This document shows, piece after piece, positions 14,110-27,030 of a stretch of 64,000 nt of DNA; within the stretch, counting starts at the first letter, position 1, and each line of letters begins with the position of its first letter. The translations under genes were made by a program, and so were the position numbers. This DNA comes from Lama glama. Its lineage: Eukaryota. The stretch is taken from the NCBI GenBank assembly GCA_028534125.1, contig CM052818.1, positions 20,090,001 to 20,154,000 on the forward strand, read 5' to 3'. The notes under the pieces were generated by a model. It was given only the letters and a program-made list of their open reading frames with translations. It was not told the DNA's origin and searched no databases.

Positions 14110-14500
14110 TACATATTATAATTATATATACGACCTCATTATAATCCTAACACCACAATATGGCAGGTATTGTGAGCACGATTTACACACACGGAAACTG
14201 AGGCCCAGACACCATATGTAACTTCCCCAAGGTGACAAAGCCAGTGTCTGCATAAGCCCTTGCAGAGTGTACACTTTGTGAACAGACAACTAAAAAGTCC
14301 TTGGACATGTGGGTGCTCTCTAATTCCATCCTCACAATCTACATGTGAGAGGGGCAAGACAGGCACTGCTGTTGTCTCCATGTTACATATCTGGAAACTG
14401 AGGCCTGTTCAGGTGAAGTGACTTGCCTAGGGCAGTCCAGCTAATCAGCGGCACAGCTAGGGCTAGAACCCAGGCTAGCACATACTCTTTCTACTGCTTA
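14110..14500 (-). mobile_element. Two tandem MIR SINE fragments
   Basis: 'ggaaactgaggcccaga...taacttccccaaggtgaca' and 'ggaaactgaggcct...aggtgaagtgacttgcctaggg'. Confidence 0.7.
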
Positions 14501-17052
14501 ATGGTAGGAGATAGTGGCTTTGTGAGAAATAAAGAAACAGCAACATTTTAACATTTAGAAAAAGAACCATGGAGACTCTCTCGCAGTTTCTTGGTTTAAA
14601 AGTCACCAGCTCCCTTAGCTACTTTGTTTTCACAGTGGCTCTCTGGGACTAGCATGACTTTAACTGGATTATCTAGTTAACCTTGACACAGCCCAGAGAG
14701 ATCTGTCTAGCGCTGACTCTCAGAAGAGACAAACACGTGTGACACCGCCATCATTGAATTAGCAACACGGGAGAATGAGAATAATTAACGCTAAGTGTGA
14801 AGCTAAGACAGGCCTCGGCCCAACTAATGCACACAGTCAACCTCCTCACAGCAGTTACCACATCTTGGGCCCCTCAAGTAAACAGATCAGGGGACTGGAA
14901 GTTTGGAGGATTGCAGTTTTAATATATTGACCACAAGACTTTCTAGCTATCTGATGCTGAACAACGAAATGCATTCTCTGTGCCCTGATAGCCCCACCTG
15001 TGAAATGGGAGCACTCCCATGTCTTCTTTGTCAGGGTTAAATGAGATGAATGTAGAAGGGCTGGAACTCCTAGGAAGGTCTCTCCACAAATGAAACCCTC
15101 ACGACAGACAGTCATGATCCCACTATTGGGCTAAAATGAGCATTAGTAACAGTCAAGCTTTGGCCCTACAGTCATTTTTCATTGCCAAGTCACCACTGTC
15201 CCAGGACTGCAGGTGCATTTGCTGGTCAGGCTGATCTTACCAGTTCTTTGGGTTGTGAGGCTGACCTTCTTAGGCCAATGGAGCTTCATTTCCTCAACTA
15301 CTTGCACTTTATTTTCTCTCCCCACTTAGGTCCTAGAATTCACTGGAGTAGACCAGATTTTTTTTTTTTTTGACAATTCTAGACATCCCATGTTAGAATT
15401 CTGTGGTTGTTCATAAAAAGGTATTTTATCTAGTTTTCCAGATCACCAGAAAAGACTCAGCAATTTATTTCTTACTCCAACTGTTCTTCCTACAAAGTTC
15501 CTGCTCCTGTCTTTCTTGGTGGCCTTTCTCAATCACAGGGTGGCCCCACAGAATCCTTAGCATGAACATGGCCCTGGTTGACTGTCCTCACACAGACCCA
15601 CAAGTGCTTACTGAGCTCTGATCTGGACCCTGTGGATGAGGTACACATGCGCTGTTTTCAAGAAGCATGCAGTCTAGTTAGGGAGCCAACAATCTGAAAT
15701 ATCCCCATTAACCAGAGAAACACATACAGGCAACAAACACTACAGGTGGTTAATGGGGAACAAACTGATGTCAGCAAACAAGGTCAGGGCAGGCCACCCA
15801 GCAAGGCAGGATTCCAGCTGACCCGAGAAAGATAAGTACAAGACCCTCACAGTGTTTGAGCGGGTTCAGAAGGCACCTGTTTTTTCACCTGTTAGCTCAT
15901 GTGAGTTTCACAAGACCCTGAAAGACAAAAATTCCTATTCCAATTTAACAGATGAAGAAGGGATATTGAGAGAGATGAAGTAACTCAAAGAGACAATGTC
16001 TCAAACCTAGTTCTTTCCACTGGCAGCAAGGAAACTGCTATTCATTGTCTACCTTCAACACGGACCAGGCTGTTAGATACTACAGGAGGAAGAGAAGGGT
16101 GAAGATTTGAAAAAGATACAGTGACATAAGGTTCTAGGGGGTGAGAGTGAGGAGAGATGCTGCCCTTAGGTGAGCACCCACTCTCCTTGGAAAAAGACCT
16201 GGAAACTTAGGAGTAGGATTAAGGATCAACATCTGAGCTCAAAAGGAGTGTGAGTAGGAAGACAGGGAATCAGTGCTCCGAGCCTTAGCAGGATGCAGCT
16301 CCATCATGTGAGGCTGGGGGTGTGGTGGGTGTCATCAGACGTGACTCCACACTGCTCCATTAAGGCTGCAGGTCCAACCCGCATGGACGGATCTCTCCAT
16401 GCCGCAGGTGGAGAACAAGCAGTTTTGGTCATTCTGGGGGTACATTTTCACATACACAAATTTATACTTACTCTCCCCAAGTTGGAAACTCAAATTCCCT
16501 ACTCAGTATTGGAACCATTATCACCTCTTGGTCAAGATGATGCTCGTTTCTGACTTTCAGGTTAACACAGCCTGGCAGGGGCCCCTATGATGTCACCCAC
16601 TGCACAATGGGTTTGGTTGCTTAATTAGCCTCAGTCTCCTGAACTTCAGCACGATTAGGATTCCCATGCCTAATATCTGTGGGCCATGAGGGCATCAAAA
16701 CAGTACGCCTGTTCCCTATAAGGTTAGATGGATTGGAAGCAGAATGGATTTCAGCAGTTAGGGAGAAAGACTGAAGCTAATTAAGCCAGTGTGGATCAGT
16801 CTATTGGTTTGAAGTGAAATTCTAAGCTGGTGCCAATTTGCAGGAGGCTATAAGTTGAGGAAATGAAGGTCAAATGCAATTTGTAAGGGGGAGCTCTCAT
16901 GACCCTTCATCACTGAGGCTGTGCCACTGCCGCATGAAGGCTGCCCGAAGGGAGGAACATGCCAGCTCCAGGTCCCAGAGATCAGGACAAGGGGCTGGCC
17001 CCACACCTAGGGGATGACTGCTTCATGGATTAAATTAGAGCAGAACCAAAAC

Positions 17053-17228
17053 TGGTGCTTCTTAATCTTGGCTGCTCCCTGCAATCACCAGAGGAGTCTT
17101 AAAGAAAATGATACCTGGATCCTACCCCCAGAAAGTCCGATTTAACAGGCCTGGGGTGCAGCCTGGGCATCAGGGATCTTAAAGCTTCCCAAGTGATTCT
17201 CCTGTGCAGCCAGGGCTGGGCACCACTG
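17053..17228. mobile_element. MER5A1-like hAT MITE
   Basis: 'cttggctgc...aatcacc...ctggggtgcagcctgggcatcaggg...cccaagtgattct...gtgcagccagggctgggcaccactg'. Confidence 0.8.
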
Positions 17229-20200
17229 CTGCAAAGTAGTCAGCTTTAAAATTAAAAAGGCTGGTTTTTGGTTTTTTTGGTTCTCTTTTTGTTTTTTTCC
17301 GGTGGAAGGAAAAGGAAACTGGTATTTATTGAGCACTGGGGCTAGGCGCATTTTGGAAACAATCTCATCTGATCCTTATTTAAATTATGCAGTCTTATTG
17401 GTCCAGCTTTTGCAGAGCACCGGATCTCAACTTCAGCCTACAGCAGAACAGCTGGAGGGCTTATTACAGGTTTCCGAGCCTGTGATCACCTGTCTTTAGA
17501 GGACTGAAACCCAGATGTACTTCTTAGACCTAACCACATCTCTCCCTCTACCATGCACTGTGTCTGCATTATGTCCAGCAAATTTGGAGTCACCGTCATA
17601 AACCAGTAACTTATTTCGGAGCTTGTGTGGCCATCACTGTCCCTCATCCTATGGCTGACAGAAACAGGGAGGTGAAAATCAGGAGACAGATTTGAATCGA
17701 GGCCACAGAAAAGGCAGCTTTCCTCAAAACAGGCACCTCGGGAAAAGGTACAAACTTTATTCTGGTGAAATGGCTCTGGCCCTATGTATTTTGAGAAGTC
17801 TTTTAGAATGACCCTCAGCCACACAAGAAAAGCAACCATAACGCTACATAGAATAAACTTTGTTTTAATCCCCAAACAGTATTATCCCACTTACCCACCC
17901 TCTTTAGTCACCAGACTTGGCTGAGGATGGGTCTCGGTTGTTTGAAAGAATAAAATGTGCCCTCAAAGATAAGGCCCTGCCACAACTGAAGGTGCTCAAA
18001 AGAATGGTCTTTGGGTCTGAAGGCAATTTCTAATGAGTGGAAAAAATGTTTTAAAAGAAGGTGGTTTTGGTGGCCAATCTGCTGGGTATATCCTTATGTT
18101 CGCCCAAAGGCAGCAGTGGTGCACAGGGCGATCTCTTATATAGATTCTATTATATGGAGGAGGAAGAGGTAACCATGTTCATCAGCCAGAATAGAAGAAC
18201 CTAAACCAGCAAACTCAGGAGGGACTGGGCAGATCACACAGACCTCCACAGGGAAAGGCCTCAATACACTTCAACTGCATACCTCTGAGAGAGGCCTGTC
18301 TCTGCCCTGAAACAGAGCACAGCCCAACTGGGAGATAAGACTAATACTCCAAAAGCCCTAAAAGAAAGCATACAGAGAAAAGAGGAGGGCTGGAGTGGCT
18401 AAAGCAGGAACAGATATTTTCACTCACCCCTTCCCTGAAGGAGAAATCCTGGAAAGTGTCTCATTTCTCAACCTCCCAACCTCCTCTCCTCTGGGGCTGA
18501 GCCCTCAGCTCCCTGACCCACTCTATGCCCCTGGAGAGAGGGCCTGGACTGCATTCAGAGCTGACAGTAATGTCTGGGGCCCACCCAACCTGGCCCGCTA
18601 ATGGTCAGATCTGCTCCTGGCCCACTGGAGATGCTTATCTGGCGGCCTTCTAGGCCCCAGGCAGCCTTGGGGGAGAGAGCAGCAGACCCAATTACCAAGC
18701 AGCCCCATAGGCTGAGCCCATCTGGGGCTCCAGATAACCCAGCTCCTTACGTAATCTGAGGACATGTGCAGTCCCCAGCCCGGCTGGGAGAAGTGTGCAT
18801 GTACAGGAGTAACAGTATGAACGGGCCCTGTGCTCAGCTGCACCACGCCCGGCCTTAGCGGGGTTCTCTATTCAACAGGTTAGGCAGTAATGCCGCTGCA
18901 CGTTTGCATCACTCACGACAGTTTATAAAGCAGGTGTAAAGTACCAGTAGGATACAAACAGCAGGTGCCATTACTCCCATTTCAGAATGAGGAAAACAGA
19001 GGCTCAGAAGGCAATGGGAACCTGTGGAGCTGGAACAAAACCCCTGAGCTGATATTTTTTCAAGGACATATGAAGAGAGAGTCCACTGCCAATCAGCCTT
19101 AGACACGTCACACAGTTCATTATGCCTTATGCATTACCATCTCATTACCTAGTTTGTCATAAGAGATCATTTCCTTTTAAAGAATGCTTTGTGGAAGGAA
19201 GGGTGATGCATCTCTTTAGGCAACTCTGAAAATACAGAAAGTTATAAATAAAAAATTTGAGATCTCCTTGGATTTATGGCTTGTTACTCAACATTTTATC
19301 ACATTTTAGAGAATTCTTTAAAAACATTCATAACAGCTGGCTATAGCATATTGTGTGAGGGGATCACAATGCACTTGATTATGGTTCAGACATGGTTTCT
19401 GATTCCCAGCTGTTATAGATAATACTATGATAACCACCTTTGTAACAGATGTTGCTTTTTAATTTACTTTTTCTAATGCAAGATGACACACACCAGCTTG
19501 CCACCAGCTCCGCACAGCTTCCTCACAGAGATCCCCTGTGAAAGCTGAGGAGACAAGTTTGGTATCAGCATCCTCAGGACCATGGCTACCTTCACCGAAT
19601 GCAGGGCCCCAGGGCAGGTGCTGCAGAGGGAGGTATGGCAGGGGGTGGGGTGGGGGGGAGGCAGGATGTGCACTGTCTCAGCGACTTTCCCTGCCCAGGG
19701 ACTGACTCTCTCAGGTTTCCCCCTTCCTTCATGCCATGTCCAGGTTAAAACATCTGAAGACAGATGACCAAGCTACTGAAATTGGAGAATGCAGTTCTGT
19801 GAAGATGGCCACTCTTGTCAGTCAGCAGGACCTCACGTTCCAATATAAAAATAAAGCATTCTTTCCACCTACCTGGATCCTACCATATCCAGTGCCCTGA
19901 CAGAGGAGAACCCCCCCCCCCATGAAAAGCAAGCATTGACAGGGAGCATTTCCCTGACCCTCCACTTCTCTCTGGCCTCTGATGCCCACTACTGCCTGAC
20001 TCCTCCACAGTGCAGACTCCAGTGAGGGACCAGTTAACCTCAGCTAACTGAGAGGCTGCAGCTGCTGCTGCTACAACCGCTGAGAAAGAACCTCATGCAG
20101 TACTCCTCGTTTGATACAGAACGCTCACCACACTGCCTCTGATGTAATCCTGAAACAATGTAGTGAGGCAGGTATGGTATCATCCTCACTTTACACGTGA

Positions 20201-21499
20201 GGAAACAGACTCCAAGGATGTTAGTGACACACTCGGTGTCACCCCGTGATGCAGCCAGCACTCAAACCTACCACGTGACCTTAAATCCCACACTCTTGAT
20301 GGCAACGGGGCAACCTTCCCCAAAATGCCTATAAGCAGATCCCTCTTGCAGGTTTAAAAGGTTTAGCTGAGCTGGGTGGGTGAAGCTCTCTAAGAATACA
20401 AGAGCTTGATGAGCTCTTGACCTGGGAGGCAGTAGAGGGGACATCCTGGTCACTCTCTTGCCCTAGGTCCAGCCCCCAGCTGACAAATCAGGCCCATCAG
20501 GACACATTTTCTCTGCTTGGAGATGTCTGTCTGAAAAAGGAAAGATGTTCCTGCTCTGCTGTCAGCGTCTGCAGACACCACAGGTGACACGCTTCATTCT
20601 CACTAGACTCTTTTCCTTGGTGCCACTTCCCTGGGCTTGAGGGTGTTCCCCCACACCCAAGCGGTTACCAGATCTGATTTAGGGCTTTTCCTTGGGGCTT
20701 CTATCCGGCAGCAGCCTACTTCCTCTGGATCCCACAAACTTCCAACAGCACAACCTGTGGTTTGGCTCAAGCCTTTCTGCCTGTGCAGCCATCCTGTTTC
20801 CAGCACACTGCCCTCAGCTAAGGAAACTGACAAAGGAACTGCACAGCAGAAGGAAAGAGAAAAAAATGCCCTGACCTAGACGTAAACGGATTCCCCAGCT
20901 CGAGGCAAGCACATTCTCTGGAGCGAGTGGGGAGCAGCTTGCGGTCCCTGTGCCAGCTAACACCTGGCACCTGCTTGTCCCCTCCCCACATTTTTTCCTG
21001 GAGGACACGCTCAGCGTCACCGGAGCCTACTCACACTCATCTCCCAGGACCTCCCACAGTCCACCTTCTCCAGGAAGGCCTCACCTATGCTGACTTCTCT
21101 GCACCCCAATTCAGAGATTTCCACACTGCATGATCCAGCCCTGTGTTCTCCTCCATTTACTTCACCTCTGTAGCTTTTGTCTCCCTAACAAGACCACCCA
21201 TTCTGGAGGGAAAGGACCCCCCCATTTACTCTTTTGGCATCCTCTAAAGAATAAATAGCACCAAGTCGTGCAAATTGGAGACAGTAGATAAAAACCACTT
21301 AAATGATTTCTGGTCTGTCATTCTTCAGTCATCCACTGTTCTAGATCTTTCACAAAAATTCAAATCTAGTTCTTCATTAGAAAAAAAGGTTTCCATCTGG
21401 GAGAGCACAGTGTAGAGACACTCAAAGATGTGTGTATGTGTGTGTGTTTTCCCAACTCTTTGAATCAAATCTGGGGTATGAACTAGTGCTGACAGTTAC

Positions 21500-21655
21500 C
21501 AGCACTTCTCAAACTTGACTGCACACGAATCACTGCAGTATCTTGTGATGCGCTTTCTGACTCTGTAGGTCTAGGCTAGGGCCTGAGATTCTGCATTTCT
21601 AACAACCTCCCAGATGGTGCTAATTCTACTGACCTGTGCTCATGATTTGAACAGA
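21500..21655. mobile_element. MER5A/B-like hAT MITE
   Basis: 'ttctcaaacttgactgcac...gtaggtct...ggcctgagattctgcatttctaacaa'. Confidence 0.75.
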
Positions 21656-24600
21656 AAGAGACCAAGGGACACATGAGATCTCGAGACCAAGGACATGATG
21701 GAGACACCCAGGTCTGGCAGGGTCAGTGCTACCCAGATGATGTCCTTATCCACAATCCACCCCAAGTCTAACAAGCCAGGTCTCCATCTCTGCCAGGAAG
21801 CATCTCACTCCCTCTTTATATTTCTTTATGGATTTTGCTAAGGCCAGCTTCATCTCATCCCTTCTTACTTCTTAAAACTCCATCCCTTGGGGCCAGTTCA
21901 AGCCTTACTTTCCCCAGATGCTTCAAGCTTCCCTGCCCACCCCGGCTCCCTTCTCCGAGGCGCTTCCTGCCCACATTACTCACTGGCCCTCATTAAACGC
22001 CTCCCTGTCTTGCTGGCTTTACTATGCAAAGCTCCTGCTGCTATAACTGGACTGGAAGTACTTTGGTGCCTCGGTGGGTAGAGCCCAGACACATGTTCGA
22101 CTTCTATGCATCCTTCACGGGACCTTGGGCAGACATAAAGAGTAAATATTTGCTACTTGACTGTAAGGACAATTCAAGTGTGCCCTTTATTCTTCTCCTC
22201 TCCCTCTTGGGGAGGAAAGAAAAAGAGATCCCAGCTGTCTTGTACTCCATCTCTGACCCTGTGCCTTGTTCCTCTCCTAGGAGCTGCAGCTGGGCCAGCC
22301 TAGACTGTATTTCGTTCTTTGCAGCTCCTCTTCCCTTCAGGGAAGAGTTAAAGCACTGGGAAGTCTGCTTCCCACTTGGAAATCTCCATTTCCTCATGCA
22401 GCGTGAACAAGAGAACATCTATGGACAGAGGCTGAGTGAGCCAACTGCACAGGGAGTGAACTCACTCTGAATGGGGCTGTTCTAACGCCCGCCAAGTCAA
22501 GTCATTAAGATGCCATCCCTGAGGTGCAGCCCCCAGCGTCACCTCGAGATAGTCCCTCGAGCCTTGCTGGCAGAAAGGATGAATGGTGAGCCCAGAGCCC
22601 GGGGAAAGCAAGCTCTTTCATGCGCTGGAGCAGACTGGACCTCTGCGCTGGCACCAGTGTGGGGGCTGGGGGGCTCCAGAGACAAGCGTCTCCCACTCCC
22701 CCTCTTCACCACACTGAATTAAAATCAACCCTGATTTATGCCAAATTGCTGAAACAATTGTTCCACAAAAGGCAACCAAGGGTTGGGGTGGGGTGCGGGG
22801 TGGTTATGACATTAGAGAAAATATGTGCAATGCCAAAAATAATCACTGTGTCATGAGAAAACAGAACGAGGCCGCCTCAGGGGCCAGCACTGGGTATATG
22901 CAGGAAGGAGGGGGCAGAAATTCCCCTGGCAGTGTCGTCAGACATTCTGGGTAAAAAAATTTAAAAAGCCATAACCGGAATACACGGTTGTCAGAGAGAA
23001 CTCTTCACAAGTACAGAATGCGATTTTAAATGTCAGTTCTCTCCTCTTCATTTCAGACACTTTAATTTCTAAGAAAATAACGTTTGTTTAGTTTTTTTTT
23101 AATCAGGACTGATGCCTGATCACGTCAATAGTGAAATACCCTAGGATCTGCCTTCCTAATCCCAATTTGATGCCAGAACTTCTGGTGCCTGGTATTTAAA
23201 GTATTTCAAAACAGCAAGAGAAGGGCAGGGGGCAGAGGGAGCACAGGATTTCTCATTCCTCCCCCCATCCCCTAGCCCATCCTAACCTCCCTCTCAACAA
23301 AACAGAGAAAGCAAGCAAAGACAAAGGAAAAATGAAAGGAAAGAGAAAGGAACCCAGAGAAAACCTCAGAGACCCTTTCTCTCCTTCAGAACCGTGAACT
23401 CCAGCCTCTCTACAAGGTTACATGTCCATGTGGGATCTGATTTGTGGCCACAATACAGGCCCCCTACTTCATTCCACTTCTGCCCCGTTCTGTCACGATG
23501 CAAAGTGAGATGTTCACGCCCGTTTAGAAAGCTACACTCCATTTCTTTGCAGAGAAGTCATCAAAAGTCACAGAAAATGCCCCAAAGTCTTCCCCACGTT
23601 AGTATCATGCTCTCAAATGGTAACATTGAGCAATTTGGGAAACAGGGTTGTGTTTTTTCCCCCAGCAATAGCTTTTTCTCTCCTCTCACTCAACAAATAT
23701 TTATGAATCCCTCTTCATGCGCAGGGGCTGCGAGCAACAGAGCTGAAACGTGGGACGGCCACCTCTGACCTCAGGGAACTGGCAGAGAAGTGAAGCGTCA
23801 AGTCTTGAAGAACTGGCCCGGGGGCCAGGCAGTGCCGTGGGAGTTTGGAAAAGTCTGCAAGGAGGGATGGCCCAGGCAGAGCTCGGAGCTGGAGGTGGCT
23901 TATGAAGGAAGGGCAGGTACAGGGAGGCAGTCAGGAGGGATGATGATCCCGCCAGGGAATGAGCAAGGGTCCCGGTGGTCAGGAGAGGGGCTGGAGGGCA
24001 GGATGCAAGGCAGGCGAAGTCAGAGAGGGGAGAATGCCTTCATTCAACATGCACAGCTGAGTGGCCACAAGGTGCCAAGCACAGAGGAAGGACAATGAAA
24101 GGACTCGTTAAAAAAAAAAAGCCAAAGGTCAGGTGATGGCCTGCCTCACTGATGAGTCAGCGGCTGAGGTATCAGGAGGTGGGCTGTGCAGAACCCAGCC
24201 TGCGTCCCTCTTCTGCTGGCTGTGCTTTTGCCACACTGGACAGCAAATAAGAGAACCCCTCTCCCTTGGGAGCCAAGCCAGGGGAAACGAGTCCTTTTCT
24301 AAAGAGCTCTAAATACGGCAGCAACCCTTGGGCCACCACAAGCTGGAGCCTCAGCTCAGCCCACAGAGACCTCAGTGAGGCATTCCTGCTCAACAGCAAC
24401 TCAAACACTACCCATGGGACAAAAAACAGACTGGGCCAAGGACGCACGCCTCCTCTGGCTCCAGTGGTGCTATTTATTTTCAGACTTAGCCCCCATCTTC
24501 TTGCCCCTCGCCTCCTTGACCACTGATCAAGAAGAATACACTTCCAATCAGACCTCAGAGAGAGGACCAGCACACCAGTCTGCCCCGCTTTCCCCCAAAG

Positions 24601-26917
24601 CATTTCAGCATGTCGCTCCCCTATTTAAAAACAGGAGGGGCTCCCTACAGCCCTCTTGATGAAGTCTAAGCTGTAGATGCCCCTCAAGGCCCACCAGTCC
24701 TGGCCTTGCTTTCCAACCTTGCTTGCTACAAGCCTGCAGCACCCTCCCTGCTCACCACCAGATCACCACCACCCATCACTGTACCCCGTCTGCCACCCAG
24801 TTATTTTTTTTCCATCTGAAATATGAGCCTTCTTTCCTACATTCCAAACCCTGTACTTTCAGAACCAACACAAGCCCACCACCTCCACAGAGGGTCTTCT
24901 GATCACTCCACCCAGCTCACAGTGATCTCCTGCCCACTCCTGCCCCAAATACCCAGAGAATTAACTGCAAGGTATCACCACCTTAGTATTCCTTATCTTA
25001 AGGGTCTTCTCTAGGGGCAGAGGCAAAATGTCAGACTGCTTATGCACCACAGAGCCTGGGACTGCATCTCACCCCAGTGGGAACAGTCCTGCCTAGCTCC
25101 TTCAGATACAGAACAGCGAGCAGGGCTGAAGGCTAAACCAGCCAGGACCCCCAGCAGTAGGATTAGGGCTGCAGAGCTACAATGCTGTGCAGCCTCCTGG
25201 GCGAAAGTGGGTTAATAAAGAGGAGTCACTAGGTCACCTAACATCTGATGGCTCCTCACTGTCCCCGGGAAACAGATCCCCATACCCTAAGGATGTTTTT
25301 ATGTGAAGTTGCTGGCTGTGCCTGCTGTCCACATCACAGGGGGTGTTCAGTGAGCCAGGTGCCAGTCAGCTTTCACTGACACTGGTGAACAGGCCTGGAC
25401 AGGGGCGGCCCCCTCCCTCCCCGCCTTCCCTCCTCCCACTCCCCTCCAGATGAGACCAGGGAGGTTTCTACCGGATCCCACCCCCTTGACACAACAGAAC
25501 AATGTTGCCCAACACCACCCATTGCCCAAAGCCCTCATGTCACATATGCAGATGCTCTTCTTGGAGCCAGGTTTCTGGCAGGGAGGATCCCAGGGCTTGG
25601 CCAGGGTTCCACCCCTTTGGTGATGTAACATGGAGGTGAGAAAATGGGCCAAGTCAAAAAAAGGAAAAAAAAAAAAAAGGTAGGAAACACAATAACCCTA
25701 AGGAAAAAATAAACAAATTAAAAACCCAATGACAAACCTAAAAGTGGGGTGTGAGAAGGACCACACTTTGGAATAAACACTCTCCATCAGCCAGACTTCA
25801 ACACTGAGAAGTCTAGTCCCCAGACCTCAACCCCACTCCCCAGCGTGCACACACACCAGGCCGGGAGGGGTTAACGGCCTCCAGCTGCTCCCCTTATCTG
25901 CCTAACCTGCTAATGGCCAATCTCTGGTGCTGAGATTCTATCAGTGATTTCTGCAGATCACTTTTATTAGAGATAATGTCATTTTTACTTCATTATCCAG
26001 CCTGGCAGTCAAAGAGAACACAAGTCGCTATTATTTCTGTGAAACACCAGTTCTGTTCATTAATGTTGACAGGTGACAGGGAACTGAAACTCTTGCCCAC
26101 ACTTTTCAGGAGACTTTGGTCAAAAGACTGGGCAGTTAACCCTCTGTGTCCTGGGCTGAGCAGAGCACCCCCAGCACCCTCCAGAGACTCTAAAGCAAAG
26201 GTTGGTTTCTGTGTTGGGGATGCTGGCTCCCGCCCTGACTGCCCAAGAGGGGACGTGGGCCGCACGGCTGCACAGCACCCAGGCAGCCAGGTGAGTGCGG
26301 GAGCCGCTGTTAATTCTACTTTGTGGGAAGCACTAATTAACACGTGAGTCAGCAGCAGAGAAAGACTTTAAGTCCAGGGAAAAAACAGCCCCAAAGTCCC
26401 TGAAGCCTCCAGGGCCACACTGGGTTCGATTACACGATGGAGAAGATCAGCCCGCGTGTGGGGAGACCTGAGTGGGGGGTGGCTGTGTGACCTTGGTGGC
26501 TCTCGTGACTTGTCTTTCAGCTGTGCCTGTGACACTCCAAAGCTTGCTACCAGTGTGCAGAGGGAAAAGGTTCATTTCTCCAGAGTCAACTAAGAAACCC
26601 TCTTTTCTGAGTTACTGCTTAGCTGTTTCTCCTAGTTACTTTTTAAAATGCCAGAGGTAGCTCTGGTTTCACTGGAGTGACTTTGGATCACCTTTGAGAA
26701 TGGGACATATCCATCTGTCCTAAACCCACTGCAGTTAACCACACCCCACAACTCTGTGGCTTGTAGAAGAAAATTCTGAAGCAACCAGGGTTCTGAAAAG
26801 CCACCATCACTGAGCTCAAAGAACAAGTACTCCTTTGCATTTTAGTATTTTGGCAAGAAGTGTGGCTCTTTGGAATTTAAATCTCATCTGGTGTTTATGT
26901 TTGGGGAGATTCCATTT

Positions 26918-27030
26918 TCATTAATTCAACATTTACTGACTGTCCCCTTAGTGCTGGGCACTGGGGGATAAACAAAGGAAGACGAGTTCCTGCCCTCAAC
27001 AAGCTGACAGTCCAGTGAGGGAGATGGACA
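26918..27030 (-). mobile_element. L2 LINE 3' fragment
   Basis: 'ttcaacatttactga...gtgctgggcactggggga...cctgccctcaacaagctgacagtccagtg'. Confidence 0.7.

Noticed and set aside
19628..19661. Intronic G-quadruplex-like tract
   Set aside because: Isolated simple G-run of a kind common in mammalian introns, with no supporting context.
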